From Nibricoccus sp. (GTDB lineage: Bacteria > Verrucomicrobiota > Verrucomicrobiia > Opitutales > Opitutaceae): a stretch of 64,000 nt of DNA. The translations under genes were made by a program, and so were the position numbers. This document shows positions 1 through 10,121 of this stretch, piece by piece. Below the pieces are notes generated by a model. That model worked only from the letters and a program-made list of their open reading frames with translations. It made no database searches and was not told the origin of the DNA. Each line of letters opens with the position of its first letter. The stretch's first letter is position 1. The stretch spans positions 864,001-928,000 of the forward strand of contig JASGHG010000001.1 of NCBI GenBank assembly GCA_047602425.1, given 5' to 3'.

Positions 1-494
1 TCGCAACGAAAGCCGCCATGAAGGCTCTGCGCGATGAAATGGGCCTCGTCGAACTGCCCGCGACGGATGCGTCCACGCCGAGCCGTGAGAGGGAGGGAAA
101 CAACGTCCTCGCGATGCTGGGCGGCGAAGCCGTCCGTGAGATCGATTTTCAATGGTTCGTTCGCGATGCCTATCGGGCCGGACAACGCGATCGCGTCCTG
201 CAAAAACCCGGAGCACGCCAGGTATTGTTGCAGACCTACCTCGACATGCGGACCCTCGAGGCAAAAGCCAAACAGGATGGCATCGACAAACAATCCGACT
301 ACGCTGACGTGTATTTTGTGATGGAAATGCGCCTTCTCGCCGAGTTCCTTCAGGAGCGCGACAAAACCAATCCTTGGAACGTGCCCGCCGGCACCGACGC
401 AGAACGCTCCCTCGCCCTGCGCAATTATCTCCAACGTATTCGCGCGGAAGTTGGGCTCATTCCGTACAACGAGTTTTCCGCCTCCGCACAATAG
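1..494 (+). CDS. C-terminal part of an ORF entering from the left edge; SurA/PpiC-associated helical domain-like (tentative)
   Basis: Frame is open from the window start to the stop at 494; the 'REIDFQWF...LLQTYLDMRTLEAKAKQDGID' pattern resembles foldase helical domains. Confidence 0.4.
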   Translation, partial: ATKAAMKALRDEMGLVELPATDASTPSREREGNNVLAMLGGEAVREIDFQWFVRDAYRAGQRDRVLQKPGARQVLLQTYLDMRTLEAKAKQDGIDKQSDYADVYFVMEMRLLAEFLQERDKTNPWNVPAGTDAERSLALRNYLQRIRAEVGLIPYNEFSASAQ

Positions 495-605
495 CCCTGG
501 CGGGTATTGCCGATCCTGTGTTTTAAGCGCGCGTCAAGCAGATGGAGCGGCCTGCCCCTCAAAGCACTTCGCGAAACAGGCCGCCCCACCTGAAAACCCT
601 GTTCA

Positions 606-950
606 CTACCCGCGAATGTGCGCATCCGCCATTTCGCGGCACGCTTCCGCGCAGCGATGGCAGGCTTCGGAACAACGCTGGCAGTGATCCATGTCATGCT
701 TGCCGCATTCCTCGCCGCACGCTTCGCAGATTTCCGCACACAACGCGCAAACGCGTTCGGCGAATTCGGAGCCGCGGGCCATTTCGTTTGCCGCGAAGGC
801 GCAGATGTACGCGCAGCTACGATCGAGTTCGATGCAGCGCGAAAGCATTTTCACGTCGTCCTCGCGCAGACAGGCGCTCGAACAGTGTTCGCATTCGGTG
901 ATACACGCCTGGCAGGCGTCGATACAATGTTGGTATTTTTCGTGAGACAT
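606..950 (-). CDS. Cys-rich four-helix-bundle copper-storage protein (Csp3/YhjQ, DUF326-like)
   Basis: MSHEKYQHCIDACQACITECEHC... with repeated CxxxC/CxxC over about 114 aa; start trimmed to the ATG at 950. Confidence 0.9.
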   Translation of the reverse strand: MSHEKYQHCIDACQACITECEHCSSACLREDDVKMLSRCIELDRSCAYICAFAANEMARGSEFAERVCALCAEICEACGEECGKHDMDHCQRCSEACHRCAEACREMADAHIRG

Positions 951-1166
951 AATGATTCCTTGCTTCTGACGTTTGGTTGAGCAGGTGCCGGGCACCCGCC
1001 GTTGCATGCTTCCCGCTCAAAGCCACGGGGACGGACAGCGACCGCTGTTGAAGCAATGACTCTGGGCAAAACATCGCGCAACGTGCCGCTCGCAAGGCCG
1101 ATCAACAATGAGGTTTATCCCGCCGGATCGAATGGGAAAACGGCCTGCCTTCGCACAATCTAGTAC

Positions 1167-2480
1167 TTAATGGGGCGAACTGGCTGGCTTTCGCCCTGGC
1201 CGTGCGAAGAGGATTCGCGCCTTTCTTCGGCCATTGAGCAACGCACCGAGGAAAGTGGAGCGGACAAAAAGATCGTAGGTCATCAGCGTGAGCGCGACCG
1301 TGGCGAGCGAAATGCCGGCAAGCTTCAGCCACCAGGGCGCGAGCCACTCGGCAACTGCGACTTGCAGCCATACGACGATGGGCAGGTGCACGAGGTACAT
1401 CCAATACGACGAGTCCGCGAGGTAGCGCACGACCGCGTTCGGCCGAGCAAAGAACTTTCCGAAAAAACCCAGCGTCAGCGAAACGAGCGTCCACAAGAGC
1501 GTGGCGTAGCCGATCACAAAGCCGAGATGCGCAGCGAAATAGTACGGCTGACCGAGCTCGCCTTGAAAGCGGCTGAGCCACAGCACCGCCCCGCCGCTCA
1601 GCACAGCGAGCACGCCGTTCACGAGCGTAAGTCGGCCAAACCGCCCGATCGTCCCAGGCTCGCGCGCGAACAACCAACCGAGTCCAAAGGATCCGCCATA
1701 AATCGCCAACACCGGCAAATGGAGCCGCAATGACTGGTCCGGCGTATCCAAACCCCACCTACGCATATGCCAGAGCGCCCATGCGGTCAGTCCGACCAAC
1801 GGCGCCAAAGCCCACGTTGATCTGGCCAGCCACGCAATTGCAGCATCGACGCGATGCCATCCACCGCCTGACGTTCCCGTTTCATTCGGATCTCTCGTGA
1901 ACAGCCCGACGATGGTTCGCACTACGAGCGTCAGCGCTGTGACGAGAAGCAGATAATAGAGAAACCACAGATGCGTGCCGACGAAGAGTCCCGCCGGCAG
2001 GCTGCGAAGACTTTGGAAGCCGGTGCGGATTGCCGTCCAAAAATCGTAATCTCCATGCAAGCTCATCGCACCCATGATCCAGCCTGACACCACCAAAGGT
2101 CTCAGCAGAAACCAACCGGCCACGAAGGGCAGGCCGAGGCGAAACCCTCGCGACCGAAGAAACCCGGCCAGGCCCCGGCGTTGGAGCAGGCCCTGACTGA
2201 AAAACCCAGCCAGGAGAAAAAAGGTCGCCATGCGGAATGAATGACTGATCTGGATAAACCCCAAAACCAGTCCGCTGGTGGAAACATCCTGCACGGCCCA
2301 GCCAAGAAAGACCGGCGAGAAGGACAGGCTCGCGTGAAAGACTACGCCCAATATGAGAACAAAAGCTCGCGCCGCATCGAGTGAATCGATCCGCCCAGCC
2401 TCGATAGGCATCGCGTCCGAAAGAACAGCCGCGTCCGTGGGAGCCGGAGTCACGACGGGAGGAGCAGAGTCGGTGTTCAT
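1167..2480 (-). CDS. Acyltransferase family 3 (OpgC/MdoC-like) membrane protein
   Basis: 'RIDSLDAARAFVLILGVVFHA', 'HSFRMATFFLLAGFF', 'HLWFLYYL', 'SYWMYLVHLP'. Confidence 0.85.
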   Translation of the reverse strand: MNTDSAPPVVTPAPTDAAVLSDAMPIEAGRIDSLDAARAFVLILGVVFHASLSFSPVFLGWAVQDVSTSGLVLGFIQISHSFRMATFFLLAGFFSQGLLQRRGLAGFLRSRGFRLGLPFVAGWFLLRPLVVSGWIMGAMSLHGDYDFWTAIRTGFQSLRSLPAGLFVGTHLWFLYYLLLVTALTLVVRTIVGLFTRDPNETGTSGGGWHRVDAAIAWLARSTWALAPLVGLTAWALWHMRRWGLDTPDQSLRLHLPVLAIYGGSFGLGWLFAREPGTIGRFGRLTLVNGVLAVLSGGAVLWLSRFQGELGQPYYFAAHLGFVIGYATLLWTLVSLTLGFFGKFFARPNAVVRYLADSSYWMYLVHLPIVVWLQVAVAEWLAPWWLKLAGISLATVALTLMTYDLFVRSTFLGALLNGRRKARILFARPGRKPASSPH

Positions 2481-2515
2481 GGCGAACGGTTGGCGAAGCT
2501 ACACCTTGGCGGCAC

Positions 2516-3100
2516 TCAATAGAAGCCAATCTCGTCGATCTCGTAGGCAAATGCCGTTTTTTCCATCGCAAAAGCGACAAGATTCACGCTGGTCACATTT
2601 TTGGTGTTGAGCGGAACTTGTTCCGACCAAGAGCGCTTGAAATCGCCGAATGGTAACCGAACCTCGACATACGTTCCACGCTTCGCCGCTACGACCGCCG
2701 CGTGATAATCGAAGTTTTGGATGTCCGCGCTGGAAACCTGCACGGACAAGGGACCTTTCAACACTTTGAGGCGCAAGCGAACGCCGGCATACGCGCTGAT
2801 GTCCTGTGGTTTTCCGTCCGAAACAAGTAATAGAGGTACAGAGACAAACGCCGGTACGCCGCGACCGGGGATCAGTTCGCCTTCGACCGCGAGCACGCCG
2901 TCGGCGCAATGTTGAGTGGCGTGCGATTGACTGCCGAGACTTTTGTCATCGACAATAAACCGCCCCATGCCGCCGGTCGTGTGAGCCGGGGCGGAGAAAT
3001 CGTCAATCAGCGCGGGCGTCGCGGCGCAGGCCATCGCTGGCAAAACAAATGCCCCGATGAAGGCGAAGCGGAAATAAATAGGGAGGGAATGTATTTTCAT
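2516..3100 (-). CDS. Secreted CIA30/carbohydrate-binding-like protein
   Basis: Signal peptide, 'LIDDFS', 'DISAYAGVRLRLK', 'EVRLPFGDFK', 'YEIDEIGFY'. Confidence 0.65.
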   Translation of the reverse strand: MKIHSLPIYFRFAFIGAFVLPAMACAATPALIDDFSAPAHTTGGMGRFIVDDKSLGSQSHATQHCADGVLAVEGELIPGRGVPAFVSVPLLLVSDGKPQDISAYAGVRLRLKVLKGPLSVQVSSADIQNFDYHAAVVAAKRGTYVEVRLPFGDFKRSWSEQVPLNTKNVTSVNLVAFAMEKTAFAYEIDEIGFY

Positions 3101-3243
3101 AACTTGAGACAGATTGAGTTGATTTGGTTCGCCCATGGGTGCCCGCGTCTCGGCATTAGGTGACAACCTTTTTGCGATTTTCTCGAAATGGAAAATATTC
3201 TGTCACCGCTTCGACCTTTTCGGGCACTTATGTCCGAACGCTC

Positions 3244-4896
3244 ATGACCTCTTCGGAACACCTGCCTCCAATCGATACCACCACCAGCGACGCCGACCTC
3301 GTCGCGGCCACGCTGGCGGGCGATCGTCGCGCCTACGGACAAATCGTCGAGCGCTATCAACGGCTGCTATGCTCCCTCGCTTATTCCGCAACCGGTCAGC
3401 TGAGCCTCAGCGAAGACATCGCCCAGGAAGCCTTCGTCGAGGGCTGGCGCCAACTCGGTACGCTGCGTGAGCCAGAAAAACTCCGGCCGTGGTTGTGCAG
3501 TATCCTTCGTTTCAAAGTCAGCCGTCAGCGACGCAGCGACGAACATGATCCCGTGCACCACGCGGAGGCGCTCGATGCCGCGGAAAAAATTCATGCGACC
3601 GACGAGTCCGCCGCTCACCTTGCCATGCAACAAGAGGAACGAGCGTTATTGTGGAGCACACTGGAACGCGTGCCCGAGCTCTACCGCGAGCCGCTGATTC
3701 TTTATTATCGTGAGCACCAATCGGTGGAGCACGTGGCGACATCGCTGGACCTGACCGAAGACACAGTGAAACAGCGATTGGCGCGTGGCCGCAAGATCCT
3801 GCAAGAGCAGATGCTCGCCTTCGTCGAGGGCGCACTCGCCCGGAGCACACCGGGAAAAGCCTTCACCGTCGCCGTTCTCGCCGCATTGCCAAACCTGATC
3901 GCACCGACAACCGCCAAGGCGGTCACCGTGGGTGCAGGCGTCGCCGCGAAAGGCGGCCTGCTGGCGAAGACCACGTGGTTCGCCTCAGTACTGGCCTCGG
4001 CGTCGGGCGTCGCCAGCGCCTTGCTCACCTTGCGAGCCAATCTCGATCAATCGCGAACGCCGCGGGAACGCCGGGCCGTGGTGAAGATCACCGTCGGGTT
4101 TTTCGTCGGCGCGCTTGGATTTCTTATTCTGCTGCACGGCGTGCGGTCCGCCGCCTTCCATGCGTGGGACAATCGTGGTGGATGGGCGTTGGTTGCGCAA
4201 ATGCTGGTGCTCAGTTTCGCCATTGCCTGGCCGTGGGCGATCACGCGCGTGATGCGTCACATGCGCGTCCTGCGTTCGGCGGAGCGTCGGGCCCATCCGG
4301 AATTATTCATCCACCCGCGCGACCACGCTGGCTCGACTGCCGGCGAATACAAAAGTGTGCGCACCCTCTTCGGCGTGCCGTTGATCCATGTGCGCTACGC
4401 GTCGCCCGACGAAGGCGAGCCGCCGGTCTTCGCCTGGTTCGCGGGTGGAGACCGGGCACGCGGACTCATCTGCGCGTGGGGCGCGGTGGCCATCGCACCG
4501 ATTAGCGTTGGTTCGGTCGCCGTGGGTTTGGTTGCCGTGGGAAATCTTTCCCTTGGCCTGTTCTCTTTCGCCACAGTTGCGGTCGGCTGGCTGGCCATCG
4601 GTTGTGCCTCAATCGGTGTGCATGCCGGCGGTTGGCTCTCAGCTTTGGGTTGGTCGACGGCCCAGGGCAGCGGATTCTCCGTCGCGCGGCTCGCGGCGGA
4701 AGGCCCTCTGGCTTTCGCGCCGCATGCCAACGACGCGGCCGCACGCGCGCTCATGGGCGCCCCCGCTTCTCCGCAGGACCAGCTCGGCCTTATCACTGTG
4801 CTGACGCTCGCCGCGCTCGTGCCAATCATTGCCTACGCCTTGGGGGTCCGAAAACGCCTTGGTCCGTTCAGCAAAGACAATCACCGCCGTTCGTAG
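3244..4896 (+). CDS. ECF sigma-70 factor with a multi-TM C-terminal extension
   Basis: Region 2 'EDIAQEAFVEGW...LRPWL', region 4 'VKQRLARGRKIL', then several hydrophobic helices. Confidence 0.85.
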   Translation: MTSSEHLPPIDTTTSDADLVAATLAGDRRAYGQIVERYQRLLCSLAYSATGQLSLSEDIAQEAFVEGWRQLGTLREPEKLRPWLCSILRFKVSRQRRSDEHDPVHHAEALDAAEKIHATDESAAHLAMQQEERALLWSTLERVPELYREPLILYYREHQSVEHVATSLDLTEDTVKQRLARGRKILQEQMLAFVEGALARSTPGKAFTVAVLAALPNLIAPTTAKAVTVGAGVAAKGGLLAKTTWFASVLASASGVASALLTLRANLDQSRTPRERRAVVKITVGFFVGALGFLILLHGVRSAAFHAWDNRGGWALVAQMLVLSFAIAWPWAITRVMRHMRVLRSAERRAHPELFIHPRDHAGSTAGEYKSVRTLFGVPLIHVRYASPDEGEPPVFAWFAGGDRARGLICAWGAVAIAPISVGSVAVGLVAVGNLSLGLFSFATVAVGWLAIGCASIGVHAGGWLSALGWSTAQGSGFSVARLAAEGPLAFAPHANDAAARALMGAPASPQDQLGLITVLTLAALVPIIAYALGVRKRLGPFSKDNHRRS

Positions 4897-5136
4897 TTTT
4901 TTTCGAACGAGCTCGGTTTGCTACAAGACGGGTTCGGAGCCGCGCGTTTGCTACGGTTCCGCATCCGAAAATTTGCGGGAGAAGACGCCGGACAATCCCC
5001 GGCTTAACTCTGCGCCCGTGTCGATGAGACGCGGATTATATTGTCCATTTCCAATAGCGTTCGGCGTGTGTGGCACTACGTTGTGCCCGCGCAACGTTCG
5101 CCTGCCAGGGATGTGCGCGTTTCACAGAAACTCACA

Positions 5137-6681
5137 ATGAACTCCTCACCCAACGATCGCTCCGCTGAGTTTCCGGCCGGGCTCGGGGCGACGCGACGCA
5201 CCATGCCGTGGTTGGTGGCAGTGGCGTTGTTCATGGAGAATCTCGACGCAACCATTGTGAACACCGCCGTGCCGACGATGGCCGCGAATCTGCAAGTTGC
5301 GCCGCTCAGCCTCAAGGCCGTGCTCACGAGTTACACACTGAGCCTCGCGGTCTTCATCCCCGTGAGCGGATGGCTGGCCGATCGTTTTGGCACGCGACGG
5401 ATTTTTAGTCTGGCGATTTGGCTCTTTTTGATGGGTTCGCTCGGTTGCGGATTCGCACCCAATGTGCCAGCGCTCGTCGCCGCGCGGATTCTCCAGGGCA
5501 TCGGCGGCGCGTTGATGACGCCGGTCGGACGGCTGGCACTCGTGCGCACTTTTCCACGTTCCGAAATGCTGCGCACGATGAACTACGTCATCATTCCGGC
5601 GTTGCTCGGTCCGCTGCTCGGCCCAGTCGCTGGCGGGTTGATCGTGCACGTCACATCGTGGCGTGTGATTTTTTTCGTCAATATTCCACTCGCGCTTTTC
5701 GGGCTTTGGCTTACGCGCCGGTACATGCCGGATTTTCGCGACGCCGAGGTGGCTCCGCTCGACCGGGCCGGTTTCGTGTTCTTCTGCAGCGGCATCGCGC
5801 TGCTTTCGTACGTGCTCGAAGTTTTTGGCGAGCATCACCACGCGTCGGGGCCGGTGATCGCGTTGTTGCTGCTCTCCTTCGTCTTGCTGGCGGCCTATGT
5901 CCGGCACGCGGGGCAGGTCGCGGCGCCGTTACTCAATCTCCTGCTGCTGAAAATCCGCACATTCCGCATTTCAGTGCTCGGCGGCTTTGTCACACGTCTT
6001 GGTTTCGGCGGCATGCCGTTTTTGCTTCCGCTGCTGTATCAAATCGGACTCGGCTATCCGGCGTGGCAGGCGGGCCTTTTGACCGTCCCGCAAGCGCTCG
6101 CCGCGATGGGCATGAAGATCATCAGCCGTCCGCTCCTGCAACGCTTCGGACACCGCACCACGCTGCTCGCCAACACCGTGTTGCTCGGCGCCACGATGAT
6201 GGTGTTTACCCAAATCGACCGCGAAACGCCGCTCCTCGCGATCCTGGCGCTGAGCTTCTTCCAAGGCTTCGTTTCCTCACTGCAATTCACGTCGATGAAT
6301 TCGCTGGTCTACGCCGACATCGACGACCGCGACGCGAGCAAAGCCAGCAGCATCTCCAGCACTGCGCAGCAACTCTCGCTCAGCTTCGGCGTCGCCATCG
6401 GCTCGCTTGTCGCCGCGTGGTTCATCGGCCAGGTGGACCAGAACGATGCCGTCCAGACGTTGCCCGCGCTGCACAAGGCCTTTTTCACCCTCGGCCTCAT
6501 CACGATTGTCTCTGCCGTCACGTTCCTCGGCCTGCACCCGCACGATGGCAACAACATCAGCCACCGCCAACCACTCCCTCCGCCCCGTTACCAATCCCGC
6601 GCCGAAAGCCGCGCCGCCATCGGTGCCCCCGAGCGAATGCCCATACCATCCGAGGTTCCGGGAGCGTCAACGCAGCGCTGA
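5137..6681 (+). CDS. DHA2 (EmrB/QacA-like) MFS efflux transporter
   Basis: 'FMENLDATIVNTAVP', motif A 'GWLADRFGTRR', about 14 TM segments. Confidence 0.9.
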   Translation: MNSSPNDRSAEFPAGLGATRRTMPWLVAVALFMENLDATIVNTAVPTMAANLQVAPLSLKAVLTSYTLSLAVFIPVSGWLADRFGTRRIFSLAIWLFLMGSLGCGFAPNVPALVAARILQGIGGALMTPVGRLALVRTFPRSEMLRTMNYVIIPALLGPLLGPVAGGLIVHVTSWRVIFFVNIPLALFGLWLTRRYMPDFRDAEVAPLDRAGFVFFCSGIALLSYVLEVFGEHHHASGPVIALLLLSFVLLAAYVRHAGQVAAPLLNLLLLKIRTFRISVLGGFVTRLGFGGMPFLLPLLYQIGLGYPAWQAGLLTVPQALAAMGMKIISRPLLQRFGHRTTLLANTVLLGATMMVFTQIDRETPLLAILALSFFQGFVSSLQFTSMNSLVYADIDDRDASKASSISSTAQQLSLSFGVAIGSLVAAWFIGQVDQNDAVQTLPALHKAFFTLGLITIVSAVTFLGLHPHDGNNISHRQPLPPPRYQSRAESRAAIGAPERMPIPSEVPGASTQR

Positions 6682-6749
6682 AGATTAAGAGATACAGATT
6701 AGTTCGTTTGCCGTGAACGGTGTTCCTGCCAATATTGCGCACTCGAAAT

Positions 6750-7850
6750 CTAGTCGAAGCTTTTGTGTTGTCCGCCCTGTGAGGGCACTTGCACGCCAAG
6801 GGATTTCAGCGCCTTCTCCACGCGCGCAGGATCGAAACCCATCACGGCGTCCACCACCTGCATGTCCTGGTTGAGGACGAGTGTAACGGGATACGCCTTC
6901 ACGCCGGCTTGCTGTGCAAGTGTCATTGCGTCCCGGCCGATGATCGTGGGAAACGGCAGCGCGCTCTTATCGATCGTACGTTGCGCAACGTCGCTCTTGT
7001 CGATCGTGTTTACCCCGACAAATGCAATTCCGTGGTTCTTGAGCGAGGTTTGGAGTTTCACAAGGTAAGGCATTTCTCGCACACACTCCGTGCAGGCGGA
7101 GAACCAGAAATTCAGGACCGCACCTTTGCCCGAAGGGCCGATGAGTTCGGCCAGCGAGACGACATCCCCGCGTGTATCGTGCCCCATCACAGCCGGTAGG
7201 CGGGCCCCAATTTTGATCAGCGCGCCGAGCGGATTAAACTCGCCCGCCGGTCGGGCGTTCGGCGGTGCGAAGAAGCTGACTCGCTCCCGCCCCTGCGCTG
7301 CCACCCGCACGGTACGATAAACGGTTTCGTAGCATACGCCTTTCAACTCCACACGCGTGCCGCGCGGCAGCAGCGTTTCCCGCTCGACGAAGAGCGTGAT
7401 GACATGCCCCGCCGTTCCTTTACAGGGGATTTGATAACAGGCCCAGTCGTGGAACATAGTTTCGGTGGTTGGACCTACCTGCTGATTCGGCTCCGTTTGT
7501 TCCGGCCAGAGTGCGTCGAAGCCAATCGGCAACGGATTGCCCGGCGGACGCGTTTGCGTCGAAAATTCCTGTCTGTCGGCGAAGTAGGTCGTTTTGTTCA
7601 CCGCGTCCGTGTACTGCTCGCTCGCCGGATACTTCGCATAGAAGAAGCCGTCCGGCGAGATACGGAAAGTGATTGGGACGACCGATGGGCTGACAATCTC
7701 GGCTTCAATCTCCACACCGGGCATCGCCTTCACTTTCGCCGCCACCTCAGCGAGCCCCGGCCCCGCCGCTAACCCCCGACAGGCCACCACAAAAACTCCG
7801 AGGCCCAACAAAATCAACGAACTTGGTTTCAACACATGTTTCATCGTCAT
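6750..7850 (-). CDS. Exported TlpA/redoxin-family protein with an N-terminal LolA-like region
   Basis: Signal peptide; C-terminal thioredoxin fold 'LNFWFSACTECVREMP' and 'YPVT'. Confidence 0.75.
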   Translation of the reverse strand: MTMKHVLKPSSLILLGLGVFVVACRGLAAGPGLAEVAAKVKAMPGVEIEAEIVSPSVVPITFRISPDGFFYAKYPASEQYTDAVNKTTYFADRQEFSTQTRPPGNPLPIGFDALWPEQTEPNQQVGPTTETMFHDWACYQIPCKGTAGHVITLFVERETLLPRGTRVELKGVCYETVYRTVRVAAQGRERVSFFAPPNARPAGEFNPLGALIKIGARLPAVMGHDTRGDVVSLAELIGPSGKGAVLNFWFSACTECVREMPYLVKLQTSLKNHGIAFVGVNTIDKSDVAQRTIDKSALPFPTIIGRDAMTLAQQAGVKAYPVTLVLNQDMQVVDAVMGFDPARVEKALKSLGVQVPSQGGQHKSFD

Positions 7851-8117
7851 CGTTGGAAACCCTAAAAAGCGTCACCCAAAGTCGGATTTGTCTACGAAAA
7901 GAAACAATTTTTATCCGCCGCATTTTGGCTATAGAAGCAGGTTTATTCTGCGATGGTTTGCTGTTGAGGCGGTGATTTTTCTTCGCAAAGCCCGTCCTTG
8001 GCCGGACGCTCCCACGGCTCTCCCATTGTAAAGCGAGAGCGCCGCCCCTCTGAAACACCCCGATTGCACCCATCGGGTAAGACCCCATGGCTTCCCTCCA
8101 GTCTTGGCGTTATATTT

Positions 8118-8492
8118 ATGGGTATGAGTACACTTACCCACGAAAAGATTGCCCATGAAGCCCAACAAATCTGGCAGCAATGGGGATGCCCCGCTGGCCG
8201 CGATACAGAAATCTGGCTCGAAGCCGAGCGTAAGCTGAAAGACGAACCCACGCCTGACTCATTTGTCGCGCGCAGCCGCGCGGAAGCGGCGGCGGAGAGC
8301 GAAGTTGAGAATCTACTCTCGCCGCCTCAGTCGGAGCAAAAGTCCATTCAGGCCGCGATGCAGAAGGAAGATGCCCGCGCTCCGAAAACACCGCGCCAAA
8401 GCGCTCCGAAGCCTAAGCCCGCCGAGGTGGGCAAGCCTCTCTGGGATCGGCCACGTTCGGCAGGCTCCGCCACTCAAAAAAGATCCGCCTAG
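8118..8492 (+). CDS. DUF2934-domain protein
   Basis: 'HEKIAHEAQQIWQQWGCPAGRDTEIWLEAERKL'. Confidence 0.8.
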   Translation: MGMSTLTHEKIAHEAQQIWQQWGCPAGRDTEIWLEAERKLKDEPTPDSFVARSRAEAAAESEVENLLSPPQSEQKSIQAAMQKEDARAPKTPRQSAPKPKPAEVGKPLWDRPRSAGSATQKRSA

Positions 8493-8727
8493 AGGCGCTT
8501 CGTTTCTAACTCAGATCGGTTTCACGTCAGACGTTTTCCGAGACCGAACCAACGCCGAGGTCCATTTTGCCGGAAGCGATATCACGCCCCGCTCCTATAA
8601 AGGTGGAGCGGGGCGTCCCGACTCGCTGGATCGAAATTCGCCAAACATCCTGCGACGTCGCTCAGCACGCGTCGGGGACGTCGCATGCCACCTTTCAAAA
8701 CGAGCGCCCCCGCCGGCAGTTTCCGTC

Positions 8728-9087
8728 ATGCGCTCGATTAGTTTTTCACTCACCGAACGTCAGTTTCTTAACGGTAGCAAAGACATCACGCGCCGCACAG
8801 GCTGGACCAAGCTCAAGTCGGGCGAGCAGCTAAAAGCTGTACGCCAGACGATGGGCCTCACAAAGGGCGAGAAACAACATCAACTCGGCGTGATCGAAGT
8901 GGTGAGCGTGCGCCGCGAGCCATTGGACGCGCTTTTAAAAAGCACGGCCTACGCCGTCGCTGAAGTCCGACGCGAAGGTTTTCAACCGATGACGGGCGAG
9001 CAATTCGTCGCATTTTTTTGCGCAAGCCATCGGGGCTGCAAACCTTCCACCATTGTCACCCGGATCGAATTTCGGCGCATCGCGTAG
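8728..9087 (+). CDS. ASCH/PUA-like domain protein
   Basis: 'MRSISFSLT...GSKDITRRTGW', 'VRREPL', 'REGF', 'VTRIEF'. Confidence 0.7.
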   Translation: MRSISFSLTERQFLNGSKDITRRTGWTKLKSGEQLKAVRQTMGLTKGEKQHQLGVIEVVSVRREPLDALLKSTAYAVAEVRREGFQPMTGEQFVAFFCASHRGCKPSTIVTRIEFRRIA

Positions 9088-9193
9088 GAACATCTTCAAA
9101 CTGGTGCCGATCTTCGCCGGTCGAACCGTCAAGTAGCGGCTCACTCGACACGGCCACGCCAAAAGAGAAAGTATCCTCGCATCTCCATCTTTT

Positions 9194-9970
9194 ATGCGTC
9201 ACCTCACCCTGTTGCTAGCTTCCGTCCTTCTCGCGACAAACCTTTTCGCTGATACAACTCCGGCCGCCAACACACCCGCGGCTCCCTCGAAAAATCGCAG
9301 CTACACGTTTGTCCTCGTGCACGGCGCCTGGGCCGGCGGTTGGGAGTGGAAAAAACTCGGCAATGCCCTCCTCGCCGACGGGCACACCGTTTATCGCCCG
9401 ACGCTCACCGGCCAGGGCGATCGCTATCACCTCGCCAACCGGGATATTGGTCTAAATGTCCATATTCAGGACATCGCTAATTTTATCGTTTGGGAAGATC
9501 TGCGCGACGTCGTGCTCGTGGGCCACAGCTATGGCGGGGCGGTCATCACAGGCGTCATCGACCAAATTCCGGATCGTATCAAACACGTCATTTACGTTGA
9601 TGCGATCGTGCCCGAGAACGGCGAATCCGCCTACGACGCCTTCGGCCGCGGACATCCGCGGGGCAAAGCAGTCGACGGCTTCCTCAGCCTCGGCGACAAA
9701 ACCCAGCGTCCTCCACCTCACGTCGTGCCGCAATCCGAGAAAACCTTCGCCGAACCGATCGCTCTTCACAATCAGGAGCGCGCCCGTCGCCTGCCCAGCA
9801 CTTACATCCTCACCGCCGACAAAGCCTCCGAGCCGGAAAAAGACGGATTCTATGTCTTCTACGAACGGGCCAAAAAGTACGGCTGGAAAACGATCGTCAT
9901 GGAAGGCGACCACATCGTGCACCTCACCAAGACCCAGGAACTCGCACGCCTTCTCGAAGAAGCTCCGTAA
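9194..9970 (+). CDS. Secreted alpha/beta hydrolase (esterase)
   Basis: 'FVLVHGAWAGGWEW', nucleophile motif GHSYGG, C-terminal His. Confidence 0.9.
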   Translation: MRHLTLLLASVLLATNLFADTTPAANTPAAPSKNRSYTFVLVHGAWAGGWEWKKLGNALLADGHTVYRPTLTGQGDRYHLANRDIGLNVHIQDIANFIVWEDLRDVVLVGHSYGGAVITGVIDQIPDRIKHVIYVDAIVPENGESAYDAFGRGHPRGKAVDGFLSLGDKTQRPPPHVVPQSEKTFAEPIALHNQERARRLPSTYILTADKASEPEKDGFYVFYERAKKYGWKTIVMEGDHIVHLTKTQELARLLEEAP

Positions 9971-10121
9971 TGGGCGTTTGACTCTCTGAGTGCTGACCGA
10001 ACCAACGCAGACTACCTCCGAGTTGGGGCGACTTCACCTGAAGGCGCCTTTCGGAACCAACCCACCCGCTCTAATCCCTCTCTCCAGTTAAAGCCGACCA
10101 CACCGCAGTTCGCCTGCAACT

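Noticed and set aside
5146..6716. Long overlapping alternative ORFs here and at 18904-20130, 21663-22949, 47934-48911, 51117-52205
   Set aside because: Off-frame or antisense shadows typical of high-GC genes; no motifs.
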